Below, piece by piece: positions 1 to 8,745 of a stretch of 64,000 nt of DNA (position 1 is the stretch's first letter; every line of letters begins with the position of its first letter). The stretch covers positions 682,001 to 746,000 of the forward strand of contig JBLDXI010000021.1 in NCBI GenBank assembly GCA_047495785.1, read 5' to 3'. Under the pieces are notes generated by a model that saw nothing but the letters and a program-made list of their open reading frames with translations, had not been told where the DNA came from and searched no databases. This DNA is from Lepidodermella squamata (Eukaryota; Animalia; Gastrotricha). The translations under genes and the position numbers were made by a program.

Positions 1-625
1 TGCGTTTGGATAATCGAATAGAGTCTTCAGTCGCAACAGCAGGTTTTTTAAGCAATTTAAGACTCGGTTCGTCCTCTTCACCTTCCGACTCGTCTTCAGC
101 TGCACTTTCATCAGACTCGGCACTTTCCGCCTCTTCGGTGTAAAGAGCCTGCTTTCGCTTGTTTTTAACAGCTTTCGGTTTTGGTTCATCATCACTCTGG
201 ATTTCAGAATCCTCATCCTCTGATCTGCTTTTCGGCGCTTCACTTTGCTGTTTCGACAAAAACTCGCTTTTCATTATTGGTTTCAGCAGATAATCAAGGC
301 CCATATCTTTGAATGAAGCCGGGAGTTTCATCGATGACGCTGAGTCTTCCCTTTTCTTTCCATTTTTACGTTTTCTGCGCTTGTTGAGTCCGAGAAGTTT
401 CTCAAGTCGCCGTATTTCAATTTCGTCCGCATCCAAGTCCTCGGCGCATGGTCGAGATTGCTGAGGTTCGTAGTTGTCGTCCAAACCATCCGCTAAATCG
501 TCATCATCATAGTCAGATTCCTCATCCCGTCGACTCTGTCAAATTAGTAATAATATAATCTCAAGCCATAAAATATTCCATTTAAGTGTTACATTTTTCG
601 ACCTGGTTTGCTTCCGTTTGGGCAT
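1..625 (-). CDS. NOM1: Nucleolar MIF4G domain-containing protein 1 homolog, 5' part (continues off the left edge)
   Basis: Manual translation: ATG at 625, MPKRKQTRSKN, phase-0 intron (about 592-536), then an open acidic exon containing EIEIRRLEKLLGLNKRRK...LPASFKDMGLDYLL. This matches the conserved NOM1/Sgd1 N-terminal motif (EIRKLERxLGLNKRKK...PxSFxxDGLDYIL). Confidence 0.8.
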
Positions 626-762
626 TTGAAAATTCTAATTTATAATTGAATCCTATAAAACATAACAGGAATATAATTGCCTTGAGTTTTTGAACGTCTG
701 AAAGGTAGCAAGATTGGCATATTGTAAAACCAGTAGCAATATGAGAACAAAGACGAGAACAG

Positions 763-1539
763 TTAATTTCTGAAAACAGCACGGCATTCAGCGTTTGAGC
801 AGGACAAGTTAGCGGCAGGTTGTGAGGCTTGAGATGCGGCGGCATTTGAAGCTTTCTTCTTGCAAATTGAGTGAAAGGTAGTTTCGTTTCCGCATTTCGA
901 ACATTCCATTGTATCACCGCGATTGAAAACCAAACGTTTGCAAGATCCACACTCCGGCAAAACACCGGTGAAGTGCTGCACCATGTAGTCATACAGCTCA
1001 GCAACAATGCGAAGCCCAAATCCATATGTGCTGCTGTCTCCGTCAGTGCTAACTTCAGTGCTCAAGTAAGCTGTTTCTTTCAGACCTCTAATGATGCGGT
1101 CGCAGTCAGTGTTTCCAATCTTACAAGTTGCAGCGATCCGATAGAAGTCGGGCGGTGTAAATTCACGGGTTTCGCTGTGAGCCAACGCGCTGAAGAGCTT
1201 TGTAATAAAATCCAACTCCTTCTCAGTGTAATTGCTCTTCCAATCTATGACTTCACGCGTGTTCAGATTAGCAAGAAGGTAACACGCCTTGCCATTAATT
1301 TCGTTTTGAACTCGAACAATTTTAAAATTGTACGAGAGCATTTTAGCGTTGATATCCTGAAAGATTCTGATCAGATCTTGATCCGAATGGCCGAGTTAAA
1401 CTTTCGTTGCAGCACCTGCTTCGCCAATAAAACGATTGATGTCCTGCCTATAAGCAGGCCCGCAAAGTAAAAACTTCTGCGCGATGAATCGATGAGCATC
1501 CGTGTAATTTGTTTGCCGCTGAGATTGTGATGGAGCCAT
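763..1539 (-). CDS. NSMCE1: SMC5/6 subunit Nse1 (non-SMC element 1) with C-terminal RING-like domain
   Basis: ATG at 1539, YTDAHRFIAQKF, a short intron removing an in-frame TAA near 1397, DINAKMLSYNFKI, YTEKELDF, GLRIVAELYDY, then the CxxC...CxxC...HxxC...C Nse1 RING variant. Confidence 0.85.
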
Positions 1540-1835
1540 TGCCTTTTAATTCGCTAGCCTAAATGCCTAAATTGATGGACAGAGATAGACACTTTAAATA
1601 GGTATTTGGGAGTTATGGGTTCTGCAGAACCTAAACAGGTAACCTGCGATTTCTTGGCTGCAGTTATACACCCATCAAGCACGGGCACATAGGGGCTCGC
1701 GTTCTTGGCGCTTTTCATTATCGTTTTTCGCAAAAGTTACCGCGCTTTTAAATTGGTTTTGACAAATAAGCTTTGCATTTCTGAATATTGAATTGAAAAT
1801 CTATCAAAAAGGTATTTTAATGTTTTTAATTTTAC

Positions 1836-1850
1836 GTTGCTGATAGCAAC
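1836..1850. promoter_or_regulatory. Candidate RFX X-box (GTTGCTGATAGCAAC)
   Basis: Near-palindromic match to the X-box consensus GTTNCY-N(0-3)-RGYAAC. It lies about 190 bp upstream of the pre-insertion ATG of the AK5-like gene. Confidence 0.55.
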
Positions 1851-2190
1851 GAGTTATTTGGAACGATTGATTGAAATGAATAGGTCTGAAAAAATCGTTA
1901 ATTTTTCTTTCACGTCGCGGCACGGAGTGCAAATGTTTTTTATACATAATTTCAGTCAGGTGGATCATCTTCCCCATATTCACCTTTTCCATATGCACTT
2001 ATCTAAAATTGTCTCTTTCTACCTAGATAAGTTACCGATCATGGCCTTCATCTTTATACCTTCTCTTTGGTATGAAGTATTCGCAAGATATAATTAGTCG
2101 CTTAACTATATAAGTTTTTATATAGTTGGACCAGTGCCGAATTTCAATGTCTTCAAAATGTTCCTTGCTGGAAAGACGCACCATTTGCTA
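1850..2190 (+). repeat. Upstream copy of the target duplication: 1850-2046 = 6502-6698 and 2047-2190 = 7852-7995 (deleted, non-functional copy of the 5' part of the AK5-like gene)
   Basis: Direct comparison by eye finds both blocks identical to the downstream sequence. The junction is ...ATGGCC|TTCATCTTT... Confidence 0.92.
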
Positions 2191-2296
2191 TCTGCGAATA
2201 TCTGCGATTGAATATTAAATTTTCTGAGGTGGGAGACGCATTTTGTCGACCACCTTTTTTGCCTAGAGTTTTTACTAAATTGGTTTACTGTGGGGC

Positions 2297-3127
2297 ATGG
2301 CGCCCACGGAACTTCGAGATTTCAGCTTTGAGCAGAAGACTGGAGTTGGTGGCAAGCGGACAAATGAAGACATTGTTGCTATGCTATACCAGCTTCGTGA
2401 TGTGATGGTCTCGGTTTTCGACAAACTCGAGAAGAAAATTGACGACGCGATTGGTGCTGATGGCTCTATCAAAGCTGAGTTGAGCGATCAGGAGAAGATG
2501 TTTTCCGAGCGCATCGATTCGCTCGCGAAACAAGTGAAAGAAGCGAAACCGGAAACCTTTGCCGAGGCGGTTAGTAAGGTTAGCAAACTGGAGAAGAAAG
2601 TCGTGAAGCTTGAAGTCAAGGTTGTGAAGAAGGAAGAGAAAGCTGAAGCTGACCTCTACGCCGGAGCAGTGGTGTTGAACGGTGTTAAGGAGGGCGAGGC
2701 GGACACTCTGATCAACGCTGTGAAAACAGCGGTGCCGCGACTGCAGGGTGTCTTCTTTCGTGCCCGTCGGCTGGGTCTCAAGAAAGACAACAGCAACCGC
2801 CCGATACTGGTGGTCCCTGTCAACAGCGCGATCACCAATGAAAATTTGGAGGACATGACGAAAGAACTGCCGAACGGCGTTAGGATGCGCCGCTTTGTGC
2901 CGGCGAACCTTATGGAGGCTGAGAAAGCTCTCGTTCAAGAGGGCAAGCGAAGAAACCCAAATAAAGTGGAGGGCACCAGCTATTTCCAGGTCCGCAGCAT
3001 GAGGTTGCGAGTGGTCAACGACCAAGGCATTGCGCGACTGCGTTATGACCCGACTACGAAGAAGGTTGTCGACAGTGACGAGGATGCGACCGTCTTTGAT
3101 GGTCACTTCCGCCCACGTCGCCTATGA
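2297..3127 (+). CDS. LINE ORF1p (coiled coil plus RRM-like nucleic acid-binding protein)
   Basis: 276 aa. A heptad K/E-rich coiled coil followed by VVLNGVKE...RARRLG...RPILV, typical of CR1/L2/RTEX-type ORF1 RRM domains. Confidence 0.85.
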   Translation: MAPTELRDFSFEQKTGVGGKRTNEDIVAMLYQLRDVMVSVFDKLEKKIDDAIGADGSIKAELSDQEKMFSERIDSLAKQVKEAKPETFAEAVSKVSKLEKKVVKLEVKVVKKEEKAEADLYAGAVVLNGVKEGEADTLINAVKTAVPRLQGVFFRARRLGLKKDNSNRPILVVPVNSAITNENLEDMTKELPNGVRMRRFVPANLMEAEKALVQEGKRRNPNKVEGTSYFQVRSMRLRVVNDQGIARLRYDPTTKKVVDSDEDATVFDGHFRPRRL

Positions 3128-6100
3128 CGGGGGGAGAGGGAAAACAAAGAAGAAGAAAGGTGGCGAGTGCGGTGTGCCAACATCCAAGGCTACTGCACTG
3201 AGAAGTTGGGAGTAATGACTAAAATGGTGAAGGACAGCAGCATGTGTGGCTTCATGGAAACCTGGAAGTATGAAGATGTGTTACCAGATATTGAAGGTTA
3301 CGAAAAGTTTGCATCTCCTGGAAAACGCGTGGGCCGGGGTAGGCTATCTGGCGGCAATGTGGTATACGTAAAGAAGAATCTCGCAGAAAGATGTCGGGTC
3401 GTATGGGAAACAGCATATGCATTGGCATTATCGATCACATCAGTTAGAGGCAAAGTTCTGTGTGGATGGCTGTATCGCCACGAAGACTCCACTTGCTGGG
3501 AGGAATTCAACGATAAAATGCGAGAATTAAGTGGCAACCACGACTCCGTGCTGCTCCTTGGTGACTTTAACAGCCGTCTCGGTGAGGAGAAAGACGCCCC
3601 CGAAGAAATTTGTGAAACGCTACCCAAAAGAGTAAGTGATGACAATGTGAGAAATGGCCACTCGGTAGCTGAATTTGTCGAGTTTGTTAACTGCTATAAT
3701 TTGATTGTTTTGAACGGAAGAGTCACACCTGAAAAGAGCCGCTCTGTCACCCGTCCGGCAAGTAATTCGGTTGTTGACTATGCCTTGGTAGATCTCGACA
3801 GCTTCGAACTGATTGAAGAAATGGCGGTGGAGCGTTCAAGTATCTCTGATCACAGCTCGCTGGTGGTGACAATCACTTTCGAGAGCCCGGTCCTTGATCG
3901 AATTCACATTGATGATCAGCTATTCAAGCTGGAGGTTCAGGATTTGGCAAAAAGGTTAACGGCTAATGAGTCTGTTGCAACGATGTCAGAAAAGCTCGTA
4001 TCAGTGGCAGAAAAGTCGCGGAAACTTAACTGGAAATGGCGAAAACCGAAAGCTACGGCTGCTAATGTCGCTCCTCGCTCGAGTAAATTGGCGCGTTTGT
4101 CTGATGAAGCTAGGTTGAAATGCTTAGTCGAAAAGCCCAACAAGGTCTGGGAGCTGAAGCGTAAGGAAGGAAGACAGCAAATGCCGCCGGTAGAAGTTTT
4201 TCGTTGTCACCTGATGAAAGCACTAGGAGGTGGAAAACCATATGCCGAAGAGAAACCGACTGCTACCCGTGAGAAAGTGACTGTTACTGCAGTGAAGCGA
4301 ATTGCTATCGACGACGGTGTCCCCACCAAATTGATCAAACTGGATGCTCTAAGTGCTTGGTCCAACCCATTCATGAATGCGATGAAGCCCAGCGAGAGTT
4401 CGGTGAAATTACCCGATGGTCGTGTGATTCGAAGGGAAATGATTCTAGATCCGATTTCGGTTGATGAAGTGAAAGCTGCGATTGAGAGATGTGCTAGCGT
4501 ATCTGCGTCTGGCCTTGATGGTATTGGATATCAACATATCCGAGCTAACATTGACGTTATGGCTCCGATGCTGAGCAAGATCTACACTGGTATTTTGAAC
4601 GGGCAACCGTACCCGAAAGCGTGGAAAACCGCCTTGATAGTACCGGTCTTCAAACAGGGAGACTCGAATGACCCGAACAACTACCGACCGATATCACTGC
4701 AACCTTGCATTGCAAAAGTTTTCTCGAAAATTTTGGATGTTCGGTTGAGAGAATGGCTCAGTCTGTTTTCGAAATTGCAAAAGTGCCAATTTGGATTCCA
4801 GGAAGGCTGCTCAACATTAGACGCGGCAATGGTCCTGCACGCTGCTATGGCCTACTGGCGCGAGCGTCATCCACGTGTATATGCAACTTTTGTCGACTTT
4901 TCCTCGGCGTTCGACAAGATCAACCGCAACCTTTTGTTCAAGAAGCTCGAACGACGTGGCGTGCCGCTTCAATTCGTTGCCATGCTACGTGACATGTATG
5001 ATGACACAAAGGCGGCGGTATCGGTGGGCGATGAGATCTCGGCTACCTTCGATGTTCACGATGGGGTGAAGCAGGGCGACCCTCTGTCGCCGCTGTTGTT
5101 TTGCGTCTATATTGACGACCTGGAAGAAGCGCTGGAAATGCCAGGCGTAGCTGGTTTGCCTCTCGGCATCAAGAGCGTGAGGTGTATTCTGTTCGCAGAC
5201 GATGTGGTCATACTGTCGGCCCATCGACACGAAATGGAGGGCTATTTGTATCGACTGCTTAAGTACGAAAAAGACAACTGGTTGACAGTCAACAGACGGA
5301 AAACGAAGTACGTCATTTTCGGCGAACAAGAAGCTGAACCGAAACCGCTGTTCTTTGGCGACGTCGAGCTGGAAAAGGTCAGTATTTTTAAATACTTGGG
5401 TGTTTGGTTCTCCGAGGATCTTTCCTTCAAAGAGGCTATCCGCCAAAGTAGACTGAAGCTGCTGAGGCTTACCGGGCTCTTGCCAAGCTTATTTGAAAAA
5501 TTTAACGAGTTGCCGATTGCAAGTCTCAGACTACTGTATAAGGGGGTCGTTCTGGCGGCTGGACTTTACGGCGCGGAGTTATGGGGCCTGGATAGGCAAT
5601 CAGCTATTCCGCCCTTGCATTGTAGGGTGATCAAGAGAGCTTACCGACTGCCTACATGTACCAGCCAAAGGTTGCTGGAGAGAGAGCTCTGGTTGCCTGA
5701 CGCGAATACGGAGAGAAAAAACTGCGCGATTAGATTTTATTTTCGAATGAAGACGTCGAGTGACGATAGTCTGTTGCAAGCAGCATACCTGACACAGCTG
5801 ATGTCAATGTCACGAAAAATGTACAACAAGGTACATAGGGCGGAGTTGGAGTTAGGAAACATCGGACTGAACGGCCTGACGAAACCTGGTACTAACGCGG
5901 CCGCCGCGAAGGCTGTTGTCAGAAACATGTACACGGCAATCGCAAGAAAGGAGAACGAAGAGGACAAAGGCTCACGGTTGTGGTCGATTAACCCTGTATC
6001 GCGTGAGGCTTCTTACGCCGAACGGTATTTGAAAGATTTGGGCCCGAAATTAGGCAGAACGCTATTATGCATAAGAACTGACTCGACTTTTGGCGTAAGT

Positions 6101-6334
6101 GTTTATGTGAACCAGCGGAGGGAGGAGAAGGTCATCTGCAAATGGTGTGGTGCTCAAGGCATCGAGCCTTCGAATTGGCTGCTGCTTCAACACTTGATGT
6201 GCGAGTGCCCCAGAAATGAGACGAAATGCGCGAAAGCAGATTTGGACCGGCTACTGTTCGGTCGAGCAAGCATGTACACAGGGCCCGCTACCTTGGAGAA
6301 AATCAATATTGCCTACGAGAAGTATTGCAGATAA
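3128..6334 (+). CDS. LINE ORF2p: APE endonuclease, reverse transcriptase and CCHC finger
   Basis: APE motifs ANIQG, METW, GDFNSR, VVDY, SDH. RT motifs NYRPISL, QFGF, FVDFSSAFD, GVKQGDPLSPLLF, LFADD, FKYLG. Finger CKWC...HLMCEC. The frame is open from directly after the ORF1 TGA. Confidence 0.95.
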   Translation, partial: RGERENKEEERWRVRCANIQGYCTEKLGVMTKMVKDSSMCGFMETWKYEDVLPDIEGYEKFASPGKRVGRGRLSGGNVVYVKKNLAERCRVVWETAYALALSITSVRGKVLCGWLYRHEDSTCWEEFNDKMRELSGNHDSVLLLGDFNSRLGEEKDAPEEICETLPKRVSDDNVRNGHSVAEFVEFVNCYNLIVLNGRVTPEKSRSVTRPASNSVVDYALVDLDSFELIEEMAVERSSISDHSSLVVTITFESPVLDRIHIDDQLFKLEVQDLAKRLTANESVATMSEKLVSVAEKSRKLNWKWRKPKATAANVAPRSSKLARLSDEARLKCLVEKPNKVWELKRKEGRQQMPPVEVFRCHLMKALGGGKPYAEEKPTATREKVTVTAVKRIAIDDGVPTKLIKLDALSAWSNPFMNAMKPSESSVKLPDGRVIRREMILDPISVDEVKAAIERCASVSASGLDGIGYQHIRANIDVMAPMLSKIYTGILNGQPYPKAWKTALIVPVFKQGDSNDPNNYRPISLQPCIAKVFSKILDVRLREWLSLFSKLQKCQFGFQEGCSTLDAAMVLHAAMAYWRERHPRVYATFVDFSSAFDKINRNLLFKKLERRGVPLQFVAMLRDMYDDTKAAVSVGDEISATFDVHDGVKQGDPLSPLLFCVYIDDLEEALEMPGVAGLPLGIKSVRCILFADDVVILSAHRHEMEGYLYRLLKYEKDNWLTVNRRKTKYVIFGEQEAEPKPLFFGDVELEKVSIFKYLGVWFSEDLSFKEAIRQSRLKLLRLTGLLPSLFEKFNELPIASLRLLYKGVVLAAGLYGAELWGLDRQSAIPPLHCRVIKRAYRLPTCTSQRLLERELWLPDANTERKNCAIRFYFRMKTSSDDSLLQAAYLTQLMSMSRKMYNKVHRAELELGNIGLNGLTKPGTNAAAAKAVVRNMYTAIARKENEEDKGSRLWSINPVSREASYAERYLKDLGPKLGRTLLCIRTDSTFGVSVYVNQRREEKVICKWCGAQGIEPSNWLLLQHLMCECPRNETKCAKADLDRLLFGRASMYTGPATLEKINIAYEKYCR

Positions 6335-6478
6335 TCTACCATATGTTTTTATAAAGTTTAGTGATATAACGTTTGCTTCAAAAGAAATGTTTCCAAGGCG
6401 ATTTATTGAAGATATTAATTTTTTGCTGTTTTCTTTGTTTCCCTCTATGTTTTTAAAAAATTGATTGACCAATCAATA

Positions 6479-6504
6479 AATCGAATCGAATCGAATCGAA
6501 TCGA
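6479..6504 (+). repeat. (AATCG/TCGAA)n microsatellite tail of the LINE
   Basis: aatcgaatcgaatcgaatcgaatcga directly after AATAAA. The terminal CGA is shared with the target sequence. Confidence 0.9.
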
Positions 6505-6692
6505 GTTATTTGGAACGATTGATTGAAATGAATAGGTCTGAAAAAATCGTTAATTTTTCTTTCACGTCGCGGCACGGAGTGCAAATGTTTTTTATACATA
6601 ATTTCAGTCAGGTGGATCATCTTCCCCATATTCACCTTTTCCATATGCACTTATCTAAAATTGTCTCTTTCTACCTAGATAAGTTACCGATC

Positions 6693-8394
6693 ATGGCCAT
6701 CCAACTTGCAGCAACAAGTGGCGCTGTATCATCCCCAGCTGACAAGGAATCTTCCAAGAAATATCTGTTTGCTGCTGAAATCCCGCATCTATTTGAGGTA
6801 AATTCTTAATTGAAAAATAATTCACTTAGTTATTTGTCGAATTTAGTGTCTCATGAGCGGGTTAATTCATCACCAACCCGTCAATCATTTGTCATTTCTG
6901 CGTAATTGTTTGGCAGCCGTGAAGCAATCCGGGGGCGTTGACTCTTTGCGCTGGGATTCTTTTATCGAGACCAATCAAGCGGAGCAGAGTGTCGTCTTAC
7001 CTAGCTCCAATCATGGCAGTCGATTACCATCTGCTAAAGTGAAGAACCACGAACCCACCGCTAAAACATCCGCTGCGACCCAATCGGACTTGTCGCCGTT
7101 ATCTAAGCGTTTAGTTGATCCAGGAAGAAAATCTGATTTATCGCAGACAGCAGCTATCGTTTTGGTTTACGGTACAGTTCACCAATACACCACAGTATAC
7201 AACTTATTTCGCTCATGCTTTTAGTTGGCCCGATTTCAACAAAGGGAAGCTTTAAGCTGCCCGGAGTGCCCAATGATGCTGAGGTCATCGAAGCATTTAC
7301 ATCTGGATTTCATGACTTGGACGACATGGAGGATGAACAGCTTCGAGAGCAAATATTGTCCAAGCTTTATTCACACGCCGGCAATGCTCCTGTTGTCCTT
7401 GTAAACTACCCAAGAAATGCTAATCAATTGCAATGGCTTCTAAATCGTGTTGGCGGCATCTCGGCGGCAGCATTTGTAGATTACACAGAGGAAGTTTTCA
7501 AAAACAGACTTGCTTTATCCACCGAAAGAGCGCTCACGACTCCATCTGCTATCAGCAGCAAAATTGAATCATACAAACAAGCAACGCTGCCTGTCATTCA
7601 TTGGCTTGATAGGAACGGAAAGCTGACAGTTGTGAGTCCGATTTAGTTGAACTTTAGCTTCAATTACGCTGAATCACGTCTTAGGTTGACGGTAGAGGTG
7701 ATACTGAAATTCACGATCAGCTGGCGAAGTTCTTCGATGACCGATTGAAGTACCGCGCTCGTTTGACTTCTATGATGGGAAAAGCAGAGCAAAATCTGGC
7801 TATTGACATTACCCCTATCACAGATCCTTATCCCAAGTCAGCTGCGGTGAATTCATCTTTATACCTTCTCTTTGGTATGAAGTATTCGCAAGATATAATT
7901 AGTCGCTTAACTATATAAGTTTTTATATAGTTGGACCAGTGCCGAATTTCAATGTCTTCAAAATGTTCCTTGCTGGAAAGACGCACCATTTGCTACAGCC
8001 ACCTCATGATCTGAAGGAAATTACTAAAGTAGTGGCCTCAAATGACGGCCCGTCTGTTTGCTTGAATTTTCCATCGAACCGTGCCGAGTTCGACTGGTTC
8101 CTCAAAAATGTTGGCTTCAGCATTGCGGGTGTTATTGTCATCGATCAGTCTGAAATTACTGCTCGAACTCGCCTTGCATCAGCCCACCTCAATGCCACTG
8201 AAATAGAAGATTCCATTGGAAATTACAAGAAACACGTTATCCCCATAATTCACTGGTTCGATCGTGCGGGAAAAGTCAAATTGGTATTCTTGACATACAA
8301 GCTATCACCATGTTATAGCGTTGTTTTTTTTCAGGTTGATGGTGAAGCTGACGATTCAGTAGTTATGAAAAACGTTGTCACTCACATTAAATGA
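6693..8394 (+). CDS. AK5-like paralog: N-terminal dimerisation/docking (D/D) domain plus two degenerate adenylate-kinase-like domains (multi-exon)
   Basis: KKYLFAAEIPHLFE|CLMSGLIHHQPVNHLSFLRNCL...GGVDSLRWDSFI matches the AK5 N-terminus. The AK-like parts keep NYPR/NFPS and YKQATLPVIHWL but lack the GGPGSGKGT P-loop. GT-AG introns, e.g. 6798-6846. Confidence 0.75.
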
Positions 8395-8745
8395 CATAGC
8401 TGCAATATGAGTTGAAATTAAACAATGGAATGCCGTGTTCTACTAACAACAAACATCAAATCGCCTTTTATTTTTTTCTGAAATGTGATTTCTCCTTTAC
8501 TTATCTTTCATTCTCGCCAAAATGAATTAATGATTTATTGTGCCAAAGCATTTCGACATCGAAAATACTGATTATTTTTGTAAAAGTAGAGCCAAAATGA
8601 TTTTATCATCGATTATCGACGATATAGGTTTATGATTTATTTTAATATCACGCGTGCTATTTTGTATGCGTATGAAATAAATAATTATTTTTGTGATTTA
8701 TTCGTCGTAATTTAGATATTTTTATATTTTTAACGAGCTATAACC

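Larger units (their letters stand above)
2191..6504 (+). mobile_element. Apparently full-length non-LTR retrotransposon (LINE), RTEX/CR1-group-like, with a (TCGAA)n 3' tail
   Basis: Intact ORF1 and ORF2, a short 5' UTR, and a 3' UTR ending in AATAAA plus (TCGAA)4 that runs into the duplicated target. The clade call is inferred from the post-RT motifs (LYGAELWG...ELWLP...IRFYFRM) and a C-terminal CCHC finger. Confidence 0.92.

Noticed and set aside
1395-1400. In-frame TAA within NSMCE1 (possible pseudogene or codon reassignment)
   Set aside because: It can be removed by a frame-preserving 39- or 45-nt GT-AG intron, and TAA is used as a normal stop elsewhere in the window.
871-1470. 199-aa plus-strand ORF
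   Set aside because: Antisense shadow of NSMCE1 with no recognisable motifs.
1804-2097. Duplicated short ORFs (also at 6453-6809)
   Set aside because: By-products of the duplicated non-coding block B.
2384-3106. 240-aa antisense ORF inside LINE ORF1 (ORF0-like?)
   Set aside because: Explained by the codon bias of the sense ORF; no independent support.
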